The notes under the pieces were generated by a model, which saw only the letters and a program-made list of their open reading frames with translations, was not told the origin of the DNA and did not search any database. DNA of 39,479 bases, taken from positions 1-39,479 of the forward strand of contig ONVJ01000122.1 of the NCBI GenBank assembly GCA_900321265.1, written 5' to 3'. The DNA comes from an uncultured Eubacteriales bacterium. Its GTDB lineage: Bacteria > Bacillota > Clostridia > Oscillospirales > CAG-272. A program made the translations under genes and the position numbers. Below are positions 17,115 through 25,299 of the stretch, one piece after another; positions within the stretch are counted from its first letter, which is position 1, and each line of letters begins with the position of its first letter.

Positions 17115-17143
17115 ATTTTATCATATCCGGGCGATAAATGCAA
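17115..17143 (-). promoter_or_regulatory. Extended -10 promoter for the phosphoribosyltransferase gene
   Basis: On the minus strand: TTGCAT (17143-17138), a 17-nt spacer ending in TGa, then TAAAAT (17120-17115). The ~70-nt leader contains a CGCGCCG/CGGCGCG hairpin. Confidence 0.5.
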
Positions 17144-17333
17144 CAGAAAACCTCGCAGGAAGGGCTGAAGATTAAAAATATTTATTTAAATAAAAAAATC
17201 TCTTTTCTTTTCTTTGATTTTATGCTAAAATAAAAAGGCTGTGCGGAGTTCTTCCCGGGATCTGAACCGGTCCCGCAGAGAGGCGTCCGGCAAAAACGGA
17301 AATGTCATCTGAGTTTGACAAAAAGGGTCTGCG

Positions 17334-18635
17334 ATGAAAAAGATTATAATCAACGGCGGGAGAAAGCTCCGCGGCGATATCAGCGTCAGCGGAATGAAGA
17401 ACGCCGCTCTTCCCATAGTGTTCGCCACGATACTCAGCGGCGACGAATGCATCCTTGAAAACCTTCCCGACGTCACCGACGTCGCGCTCTCGCTGAAGAT
17501 ACTGGAGGACATGGGGGCGACGGTCAGGACTACGGGCAGGAACGCCGTCGCGGTCGATACCTCAAGGATCGGCGGCGACGTATCCGATTCACCGCTGGTA
17601 GGCAGACTGAGAGCGTCGACATATCTTCTCGGAGCGCTGCTCGGGAGATTCGGAGAGGCGCTTGTCGGCTTCTCTGGAGGCTGCGATTTCGGAGTGCGCC
17701 CGATCGATCAGCACATCAAGGGATTTCAGGCCCTGGGAGCCGAAGTCAGGATCGAAAACGGCTGCAACCATGCCTTCTGCCCGCACGGAGGGCTTCACGG
17801 CGGATCGGTCTATCTCGACATAGCCTCGGTCGGGGCGACGATCAACGTCATGCTCGCCGCGGTCACGGCGGCGGGAAAGACCACGATCGACAACGCAGCC
17901 CGCGAGCCGCATATCGTCGACCTCGCCAACTTCCTCAACATGTGCGGGGCCAGGATCAGCGGCGCCGGCACCTCCTTCATCAAGATCACCGGAGTCGAGA
18001 AGCTTCACGGCTGCAGCTATACGATAATCCCGGATATGATCGAGGCCGGCACCTACATGGTCGCCGCCGCTGCCACCGGAGGCCGCGTCACCGTCCGCGG
18101 AGTCATCCCGAAGCATATGGAAACTGTCACCGCCAAGCTCCAGGAGATGGGCGCCGGGATCGACGAGAAGGACGACGCGATAACCGTGTCCAGAAGCTCA
18201 AGGCTGACGAGAGCCAATATCAAGACATACTTCTACCCCGGCTTCCCGACCGACATGCATCCCCAGTTCGGCGCGCTGCTCGCCACCGCCGAAGGTACGT
18301 CGATCATCACCGAGGGCGTGTTCGACAACCGTTTCCGCTATGTCGACGAGCTCGCGAAGATGAACGCCGATATCAAGGTCGAGGGCCGCACCGCCACCGT
18401 AATAGGCAGGGAAAGGCTCACCGGCGCTCCGGTAAAGGCGGTCGATCTCAGAGCCGGAGCCGCGCTCATCATCGCCGGCCTTGCCGCCGAGGGCACGACC
18501 GAGATCTCGGGGGTGGAGACGATCGAGCGCGGATACGACGACATCGTCGGCAAGCTCCGGGGCCTCGGCGCCGATATCCGGATGATCGAATGCGAGAACG
18601 AACCCGAAAAGGAAACCCCCGACAAGGCCGGCTGA
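17334..18635 (+). CDS. murA: UDP-N-acetylglucosamine 1-carboxyvinyltransferase
   Basis: 433-aa ORF. It carries the N-terminal signature INGGRKLRGDISVSGMKNAALPI plus FPTDMHPQF and ERGYDDIVGKLRGLGA. Confidence 0.95.
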   Translation: MKKIIINGGRKLRGDISVSGMKNAALPIVFATILSGDECILENLPDVTDVALSLKILEDMGATVRTTGRNAVAVDTSRIGGDVSDSPLVGRLRASTYLLGALLGRFGEALVGFSGGCDFGVRPIDQHIKGFQALGAEVRIENGCNHAFCPHGGLHGGSVYLDIASVGATINVMLAAVTAAGKTTIDNAAREPHIVDLANFLNMCGARISGAGTSFIKITGVEKLHGCSYTIIPDMIEAGTYMVAAAATGGRVTVRGVIPKHMETVTAKLQEMGAGIDEKDDAITVSRSSRLTRANIKTYFYPGFPTDMHPQFGALLATAEGTSIITEGVFDNRFRYVDELAKMNADIKVEGRTATVIGRERLTGAPVKAVDLRAGAALIIAGLAAEGTTEISGVETIERGYDDIVGKLRGLGADIRMIECENEPEKETPDKAG

Positions 18636-18670
18636 TCCGGCGGGAATAAGAAAAAAAAGGTGTCATTTCA

Positions 18671-19630
18671 ATGTACAGGATAGGAATAGATCTCGGCGGG
18701 ACCAACATCGCCTGCGGGCTGGTCTCGGACGAAATGAAGATAATCGAGAAGGTGAGCGTTCCCACCGGGGCCGGAAGGGATCCCGCGCTCATCGTCGACG
18801 ACATGGCGGCGGCCTGCCGCGCGCTTATCGAAAAGGCGGGCGTCGGCATCGGCGAGATCGCCGCGGTCGGTATCGCGAGCCCGGGTATCGCTAACCATGA
18901 CGACGGCGTCGTCGAATACGCGAACAATCTTCCCTTCAGGAGATTCCCGATAGCCTCGATGCTCCGCGAGAGATTCCCGGTCGACAACATCCGCGTCGAG
19001 AACGACGCCAACGCCGCGGCCTGGGGAGAAGCCGTAGCGGGAGCCGCAAAGGGGACCTCGAGCTCGGTCATGATCACTCTCGGCACCGGTGTCGGAGGGG
19101 GCATCATCGTCGACGGCAAGGTTCAGTCGGGCTTCAACTACGCCGGAGGCGAGCTCGGACACATCGTCATCTGCGCGGGAGGCAGGAAATGCTCCTGCGG
19201 CCGCCGCGGATGCTGGGAGGCCTACAGCTCGGCCACGGCGCTCATCGCCATGACAGAGGAAAAGATCGCGGACTGCGAAGCCCGCGGTGAAAAGACCGTC
19301 ATGAAGGAGCTCGCCGAAAAGAAGGGAAAGGTCTCGGCCCGAACCGCCTACGACGCGATGAGGCTGGGCGACCCTGCGGCGATCGAGGTCGTGGACGAAT
19401 ATGTCTTCTATCTCGCCTGCGGACTCACAAATATCGTAAACATCTTTCAGCCGGAAGTCATCTCGATCGGAGGCGGCATCTCCAACGAGAAGGATACGCT
19501 TCTGAAGCCGCTGCTTCCGATCATCAGAAAGGAACAGTACGGCGGAGGACTCGTCCCCGAGACCGAGATCAGAATCGCCGAGCTGGGGAACGACGCCGGA
19601 ATTATCGGCGCCGCCTTCCTCGGTCTGTGA
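18671..19630 (+). CDS. glcK: ROK-family glucokinase
   Basis: 319-aa ORF with the ATP-binding motif IGIDLGGTNI and the ROK zinc motif GHIVICAGGRKCSCGRRGCWE. Confidence 0.85.
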   Translation: MYRIGIDLGGTNIACGLVSDEMKIIEKVSVPTGAGRDPALIVDDMAAACRALIEKAGVGIGEIAAVGIASPGIANHDDGVVEYANNLPFRRFPIASMLRERFPVDNIRVENDANAAAWGEAVAGAAKGTSSSVMITLGTGVGGGIIVDGKVQSGFNYAGGELGHIVICAGGRKCSCGRRGCWEAYSSATALIAMTEEKIADCEARGEKTVMKELAEKKGKVSARTAYDAMRLGDPAAIEVVDEYVFYLACGLTNIVNIFQPEVISIGGGISNEKDTLLKPLLPIIRKEQYGGGLVPETEIRIAELGNDAGIIGAAFLGL

Positions 19631-19637
19631 TCGAGAC

Positions 19638-20438
19638 ATGCCTTCTTTAAGCGAGATCTTTTCAAAAGGGATACCCCTCATACTCATTGAAAGGCAGAGC
19701 GTCTCGCAAGGGGTGTTTCTTCTCATCGTCGCGGCCGCGGTGCTCATCAGTTCGGCGGCGGGATATCTGGCAGGGAGCCTGAACTCGGCGATTATCGTAT
19801 CAAGAAGTATATTTAAGAAAGACATCAGGGAATACGGGAGCGGAAACGCCGGAATGACGAACATGTTCCGCGTGTTCGGAAGATCGGCCGGCCTTCTGAC
19901 GCTTGCCGGCGACGTCGCGAAGACCGCAGTCGCCTGCGTCGCGGGCTATCTCGCTTTCGGATACAACGGCTGCTGGATCGCCGGCTTTTTCTGCGTTCTC
20001 GGCCATATGTTCCCCTGCTGGTACAGGTTCAGGGGAGGGAAGGGAGTCCTGGTCTCGGCGGCGGTGCTGCTTTTCGCCGACTGGCCGGTTTTTCTGGGGG
20101 CGATCACGGTATTCCTGATCGTTCTTGTCGGGACGAAGTATGTCTCGCTTTCGTCGATCATGGCCTCTCTGCTCATGCCGCTGCTCCTCCACATCTTCTT
20201 TACCGTGGTGAGCGGAGACGGGAGCAGCGCGGGACTGAGGCTTCCGATCGCGGTAGCCATGGCGGCGGTCGTCGTCTTCAGCCACCGCGAGAACATAAAG
20301 AGGATCAGGGAGAAAAAGGAACCGAAGATCACGCTTCCCTGGGAGAAGAAGAAGAAAGAGAAAGAGAAGGGATCCTCCGGGACCGGAAACGCCGGGGATG
20401 CTCCTTCCGGCGACAAAAAGGGAAGAAAAAAGAGATGA
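19638..20438 (+). CDS. plsY: Glycerol-3-phosphate acyltransferase PlsY with N- and C-terminal extensions
   Basis: GSGNAGMTNMFR and FRGGKG are PlsY signatures. The start is uncertain: ATG 19638 has no clear RBS, and an in-frame GTG lies at 19713. The C-terminus is a K/E/G-rich tail. Confidence 0.85.
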   Translation: MPSLSEIFSKGIPLILIERQSVSQGVFLLIVAAAVLISSAAGYLAGSLNSAIIVSRSIFKKDIREYGSGNAGMTNMFRVFGRSAGLLTLAGDVAKTAVACVAGYLAFGYNGCWIAGFFCVLGHMFPCWYRFRGGKGVLVSAAVLLFADWPVFLGAITVFLIVLVGTKYVSLSSIMASLLMPLLLHIFFTVVSGDGSSAGLRLPIAVAMAAVVVFSHRENIKRIREKKEPKITLPWEKKKKEKEKGSSGTGNAGDAPSGDKKGRKKR

Positions 20439-21244
20439 CAAAGAGAGCGGCGGTCATAATCGCTGTGCTGTTTCTGATCCCCGTCATAGCCGGGATCGTG
20501 ATATTCGTGAAATGGAAAAAGGCCAATCCCGTCGTGGGCTCATATGACGGATCGGTCGACATGATCGAGTTCGGCGGTGACATCTACAGAAAGCTGGAGG
20601 ACTCTGAGGAACTCGCCTTCGAGCTCGGGCAGTATCTCGGAAAGATCGGGGACCGGCTGATCGGCGCCCCCGTCTACCGCGTAAAGAACGATGAGACCGG
20701 AGATTATCTCGCCGTCGTGGGGGACGGCGGGACCTTCCTCTTTACCGAAAGCGGAAAGCCCGCGGACGGAGAACCGGGAGACCCAGGCCTGATCACGAGA
20801 CTCTCCTTCAACCGTTTCGAATTCTCGGTGGATGACGAGGAAAGGCTCGAGGAGTTCCGCGGGATCCTTCTCGGGGAGCCCGACACGGTTTTCGTCCCAT
20901 CCGAATGGGACTCTTCGGAGAAGAAGAGCGGGGGCGATATCACCTCCGGGAAGCTGCCGGGCTGCCGGGTCTTCAGAGTCGACGCCTGCTACGGCGGATC
21001 GGCGGTCGCCTTCGGCAGACTGGGCTGGATAGTCGGGACCGGGAAGAACAGATGGTTCTTCATTCCCTTCGACTCCGCGGCTGAGTGCGAGGAAAAGCTT
21101 AAAAACGAAGAGATCGACGAGAGGGAATACTCCGCGGTCAGGATCGACGAGATCGGCGGGATCAGGCTTATGACCTCTGTATTCACGCCGGGTACCGCCG
21201 CCGCGGAAACAGGCTCTTCCGAGCCCGCGGAAACAACCGGCTGA
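20435..21244 (+). CDS. Hypothetical protein with an N-terminal TM anchor
   Basis: 269-aa ORF. Its ATG overlaps the plsY stop (ATGA, 20435-20438). It has one N-terminal helix (AAVIIAVLFLIPVIAGIVIFV). I recognised no family. Confidence 0.65.
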   Translation: MTKRAAVIIAVLFLIPVIAGIVIFVKWKKANPVVGSYDGSVDMIEFGGDIYRKLEDSEELAFELGQYLGKIGDRLIGAPVYRVKNDETGDYLAVVGDGGTFLFTESGKPADGEPGDPGLITRLSFNRFEFSVDDEERLEEFRGILLGEPDTVFVPSEWDSSEKKSGGDITSGKLPGCRVFRVDACYGGSAVAFGRLGWIVGTGKNRWFFIPFDSAAECEEKLKNEEIDEREYSAVRIDEIGGIRLMTSVFTPGTAAAETGSSEPAETTG

Positions 21245-21355
21245 AGGAGGAAAGCGGGAAGAAGGCCTGCTTCCGGTCCTGTCGGAATGAGCTGTTCCCG
21301 CCGGGAACCGCCGTGCTGCGGCCGGATCCGCAAGGAAGAATCCAAAACTCTGCAC

Positions 21356-21408
21356 GGGGCTGCCGAAAGACCGATTTTCACGGGTTTTTCGGCAGCTCCG
21401 CGGTTTTT
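21356..21408 (+). terminator. Intrinsic terminator ending the murA-glcK-plsY transcription unit
   Basis: GGGGCTGCCGAAA (21356-21368) pairs with TTTCGGCAGCTCC (21387-21399) as a 13-bp stem with one G-U pair. It is followed by GCGGTTTTTAT. Confidence 0.65.
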
Positions 21409-21785
21409 ATGCGGAATTAACAGAATATTCACAATTTTTGGTAATAATTGACAAAAGGCGGTTTCGGATAAGGCCGGGCGCCGGGTTTCCCCCTGATGAT
21501 GCCCTTTCCGCGGTCGTCCTTCTGACAGGCAAAATTCAGACCGTGAAGGATAACTGTTCGTCGTATTTCACAAAACGCGCTGTATGAGAGAGAGAACGGG
21601 GGCTGCCGCCCTTCTTTTTTTGCTTCAAAGGTAAATATTTATTACCTTTTGCGACGGTTATGTGAAAAAACACCGAAACAAGGTCAAGTTTGTGTGTGCA
21701 CGCGGTCAGATGACTTTCAAAACCACTCACATTAATATTGAAGTATTTTACTTATTTGCGCGCACGCGGAAATAAAAAAAATATA

Positions 21786-21815
21786 TTGACTTTCACAATC
21801 GTTTTGTGATATTAT
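21786..21815 (+). promoter_or_regulatory. Extended -10 promoter of the large SBP/Yip1/giant operon, with an operator-like inverted repeat in the spacer
   Basis: TTGACT (21786-21791), an 18-nt spacer, then TGaTATTAT (21807-21815). The spacer holds TCACA (21793-21797), 7 nt, then TGTGA (21805-21809). Confidence 0.6.
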
Positions 21816-21853
21816 ATTATTGCTTAATTATAATTTCACCGGGAGGAACCACT

Positions 21854-24800
21854 ATGGTAACGAAATTCCAGCGGTTAACTGCACTGCTGCTGGCGCTGCT
21901 GACGGCCTTGGGCTGCTTCGGCATATCCGTATCGGCTGCCGATGCGGATACCGAAGAGATCAAGATCTCCTATTCCAGCAACGCGATAGCAACTGCCAAG
22001 GAACTGCAGGAGGCGCTTTCCTACGAAGCTTATACGGCAAAGTATTCGAACGAAGCGCTCTATCCCAACGCGACCGAAGCCAAAGTCATCGACGGCACAG
22101 CCTATCTCGCGGACGGAACTACCGCGAAGGTAGAAAAGACCGAACATGACGGCAAATCGGCTCTCGAAACAGGCTCGACGGGTACCGTGGCCTACAAATT
22201 CACGCTGCCCGAGACGGCCAAATACGTGATCAGGGTCAACTACTGGCCGACCGAATCCGAGTCGTCCTCGACCTCGATCCAGAGGATCCTCAGGATCAAC
22301 GGCAAGGTCCCCTTCTCGGAGGCCTACACGATCGGCTTCACTAAGGTGTGGAAGACGGTCTACGCCCCCGAGGACGAAAATACGCTGAAGGACGGTACGG
22401 TCAGGCACTTCAGGCGCGACATCGACAACAACGAGATCCGCACCACCGCGGTGCAGCGTCCGGAATGGTGTTCCCTGACCGTAAAGGACATCGACGGATT
22501 CTACAAGGATCCTTTCGTTTTCGTCTTTGAAAAGGGCGAAAACATCATCACCCTCGAGGCGCTTGCCGAGGCGATCGCCATCGGCAGCATCGAGCTTCTG
22601 CCCTACGAAAAGGTCATGTCGTTTGACGATTACAGGGCGAAGTTCGCGTCCAAGCCCAAGGGCACCGATATCGTGAGGTTCGAGGCGGAAGAGCCCCTTG
22701 CCACCTCCACCAACACGATATACCCCGTTGAGGACAGATCCTCGGCGGTGAACAGCCCTACAGACGAGAGCCGCGTGGTCCTCAACACCCTCGGAGGTGA
22801 AAAGTGGCAGGTCTCGCAGCAGTGGGTATCCTACTCCTTTGAGGTCGCCACGTCAGGCATGTATCAGATCGTTCCCAGGTTCAGGCAGCATGTGAACGAC
22901 GGTATGTACTCCTCCCGTGCGCTTTACATCTACAGCGATTCCTCGCTGGCCCCCGGTGCAGACGGGTACTACAACGGAGTTCCCTTCGACGAGGCCCGCG
23001 AGCTCCGCTTCAACTACGATCCCGACTGGAACGCCTTCCCGCTCCGGTTCGGCAAGGTCTCGGTCGACGAAAAGGGCAACGAGATCCTTGATTACGTAGA
23101 TTGCGAATTCTACTTTGAGGCCGGCGTTACCTACACCATCAAGTTCGAGGTAACCCTCGGAACGATGGGCGAGATAGTCAGAAAGGTCCAGGCCTCGCTT
23201 GACGCCATCAACGGCGCCTATCTGAACATCATGCGTCTTACCGGCGCGTCTCCCGACGAATCCCGCGACTACTCCTTCTCGACGGTCATGCCGGATACCG
23301 TTATCCAGATCATCATCCAGTCGGGAAAGATCAGAAAGATCGCCGATGAGCTCAACTCGCTTGCCGGAGGAAAATCCTCCAACATCGCGACGCTTGAGAA
23401 GGTCGCCTGGCTGCTCGACAAGATGGGCCGCAACCCCGAGGACGAGTTCGCCAGGAACATGAAGCAGCTGAAATCCTACATAGGAAACCTCGGCACCTGG
23501 CTCTCCAACGCCAAGACCCAGCCGCTCCAGTTCGACTATATCACGATCCAGGGAGCCGACGAAAAGCTTCCGCGCGGCAAGGCTAACTTCTTCCAGTCTC
23601 TGAAGCACGAGTTCCTCAGCTTCTGGCACTCCTTCTTCAGAAACTACAACCGCATGGGTTCGATGGTCAAGGAGAGCGAGCTGAAGGAAGCTCTTCAGGT
23701 ATGGAACGCCTACGGTCGTGACCAGGCGCAGGTCATCAGAAACCTGATCAACAACGACTTCACCCCCAACACCGGTTATACCGTCGACCTCAAGCTGGTC
23801 GCCGGAGGCACGCTGCTTCCCTCGATCCTGGCCGGTCAGGGCCCCGACGCCTATATCGGACTCGGTGAGGACAACGTTATCAACTACGCCATCCGCGGAG
23901 CGCTCATCGAGATCGAGGATCTTGCCGGGTTCGCGGACCTGCTCTACTACAAGACCGATGAAAAACTGAATACCGTCTATGACGGGAACGGTGATCCGAT
24001 AAAGAACCCCGACGCTCAGTTCAATGAGGCCGCGATGCTCGTTCTCGGTATCCCGGATGCAGAAAACAAGATGCATTACTACGGTCTGCCCGAGACTCAG
24101 GCCTTCCCGATGATGTTCATACGCTCGGATATCCTTTACGAGCTCGGCATCACCACGCTCGACACCTGGGACGACCTGATCGAGGCGGCTACGATACTCA
24201 GCCAGAACTCGATGACGATCGGTCTTTCGAACGACTACAAGATCTTCCTCTATCAGATGGGAGGAACCCTCTTCGCCGACGGAGGAATGAGGATCAACCT
24301 CGATTCGAACGTCGCTCTCGATTCCTTCGAGACGATGTGCAACATGTTCACGACATACAAGCTCCCCTACAAGTACGACTTCGTCAACCGCTTCAGGACA
24401 GGCGAGATGCCGATCGGTATCGCCGGCTACAACGGCACCTACAACCACCTGATCGTCTTCGCGACCGAACTTCGCGGCGCATGGGAGTTCGTTCCCGTCC
24501 CGGGATACAGGATCACCGATCCCAAGACCGGCAAGGAGTTCATCAACAACGTCTCGGTCTCGACTGTCTCGGCGATCGTCATGATCAACGGCTGCGAAGA
24601 CAAGGACGGGACATGGGAATTCATGAAGTGGCATGTCGGCAAGGACTGCCAGGTCAACTATTCCAACGAGATGATCGCGATACTCGGCGACTCAGCCAAG
24701 CACGGCACAGCCAACATCACGGCTCTCGAAACGATGCCCTGGACGAACAAGGAAAGGGAAGCGCTGATCTCACAGTTCCAGAATCTCGCTTCGATCCCCA

Positions 24801-25267
24801 ACTATCCCGGAGCATATATCATCGGCCGTTACACCAAGTTCTCCTTCCTCGGTGCCTATAACGACGGCGACGAGCCTGTTTCCAAGCTGCTCAGCTACAT
24901 CAATATTATAAATAAGGAAATCACGCGCAAACGCGCCGAGTTCGGACTTGAGACTCTTGAAGTAGGAGAGACGCTGGCGAGCAAGCGCAAGGATCAGGCG
25001 CTTGCCGAGATAGACGCCCTCGACGCGTCTGTCGCCGCCTCCTGCTCGGCAGAGATCGCGGAGATCAAACGAGTGCTGGGTGAGATCGAGGAGAACGCCA
25101 CCTTCAAGGCATACTGCGACGATGTCTACATCGACGCTCTGAGAAAGGCCGGCAACGACCTCCTCGCCAAGGCTCCCGGCAACGAGAAGATCGAGAGCAT
25201 CTGCGAAAAGATCTCGGTCTGCGCAGACAGCCTCAAGATTTATCAGGCGTCATATCCGCTTGAGTGA
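21854..25267 (+). CDS. Secreted 1137-aa fusion: two CBM-like beta-sandwich modules, a helical linker, a type-1 extracellular solute-binding domain and a C-terminal helical tail
   Basis: The start is set at MVTKFQRL (ATG 21854), after a GGGAGGAA RBS. A signal peptide is present (...GCFGISVSA). Two modules have CBM6/35-like patterns (GTVAYKFTLPETAKYVIRVNYW; WVSYSFEVATSGMYQIVPRFRQ). The SBP-like core includes LPSILAGQGPDAYIG. Confidence 0.8.
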   Translation: MVTKFQRLTALLLALLTALGCFGISVSAADADTEEIKISYSSNAIATAKELQEALSYEAYTAKYSNEALYPNATEAKVIDGTAYLADGTTAKVEKTEHDGKSALETGSTGTVAYKFTLPETAKYVIRVNYWPTESESSSTSIQRILRINGKVPFSEAYTIGFTKVWKTVYAPEDENTLKDGTVRHFRRDIDNNEIRTTAVQRPEWCSLTVKDIDGFYKDPFVFVFEKGENIITLEALAEAIAIGSIELLPYEKVMSFDDYRAKFASKPKGTDIVRFEAEEPLATSTNTIYPVEDRSSAVNSPTDESRVVLNTLGGEKWQVSQQWVSYSFEVATSGMYQIVPRFRQHVNDGMYSSRALYIYSDSSLAPGADGYYNGVPFDEARELRFNYDPDWNAFPLRFGKVSVDEKGNEILDYVDCEFYFEAGVTYTIKFEVTLGTMGEIVRKVQASLDAINGAYLNIMRLTGASPDESRDYSFSTVMPDTVIQIIIQSGKIRKIADELNSLAGGKSSNIATLEKVAWLLDKMGRNPEDEFARNMKQLKSYIGNLGTWLSNAKTQPLQFDYITIQGADEKLPRGKANFFQSLKHEFLSFWHSFFRNYNRMGSMVKESELKEALQVWNAYGRDQAQVIRNLINNDFTPNTGYTVDLKLVAGGTLLPSILAGQGPDAYIGLGEDNVINYAIRGALIEIEDLAGFADLLYYKTDEKLNTVYDGNGDPIKNPDAQFNEAAMLVLGIPDAENKMHYYGLPETQAFPMMFIRSDILYELGITTLDTWDDLIEAATILSQNSMTIGLSNDYKIFLYQMGGTLFADGGMRINLDSNVALDSFETMCNMFTTYKLPYKYDFVNRFRTGEMPIGIAGYNGTYNHLIVFATELRGAWEFVPVPGYRITDPKTGKEFINNVSVSTVSAIVMINGCEDKDGTWEFMKWHVGKDCQVNYSNEMIAILGDSAKHGTANITALETMPWTNKEREALISQFQNLASIPNYPGAYIIGRYTKFSFLGAYNDGDEPVSKLLSYINIINKEITRKRAEFGLETLEVGETLASKRKDQALAEIDALDASVAASCSAEIAEIKRVLGEIEENATFKAYCDDVYIDALRKAGNDLLAKAPGNEKIESICEKISVCADSLKIYQASYPLE

Positions 25268-25299
25268 CCGAAGAATAATCCAAGTAAGGAGAGAAATAA

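Noticed and set aside
17042-17143. Possible purine riboswitch in the leader of the phosphoribosyltransferase gene
   Set aside because: The minus-strand leader is only ~70 nt. It lacks the conserved purine-riboswitch loop and junction sequences, such as the UAUAAU...CCGUAAAU-type elements. Only a simple CGCGCCG/CGGCGCG hairpin is visible.
17214-17231. TTGATT ... TAAAAT as the murA promoter
   Set aside because: The spacer between the two hexamers is only ~6 nt, which is incompatible with a sigma-A promoter. The murA promoter remains unassigned within the AT-rich stretch 17165-17235.
18668-19864. 398-aa minus-strand ORF opposite glcK/plsY, and the 17942-18649 + ORF (235 aa, R/H-rich) inside murA
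   Set aside because: Both overlap genes with unambiguous conserved motifs. Their extreme Arg/His/Pro content indicates off-frame translation.
21536-21730. 64-aa minus-strand ORF in the long intergenic gap
   Set aside because: It has a GTG start with no SD sequence, lies in AT-rich non-coding-like sequence and shows no recognisable features. I treated it as non-coding but flagged the region as a finding.
22853-24634. 593-aa minus-strand ORF inside the large SBP gene
   Set aside because: It is an antisense shadow ORF of a + strand gene with clear SBP motifs. Its composition is low-information and V/D/G/R/E-rich. I saw no RBS or promoter.
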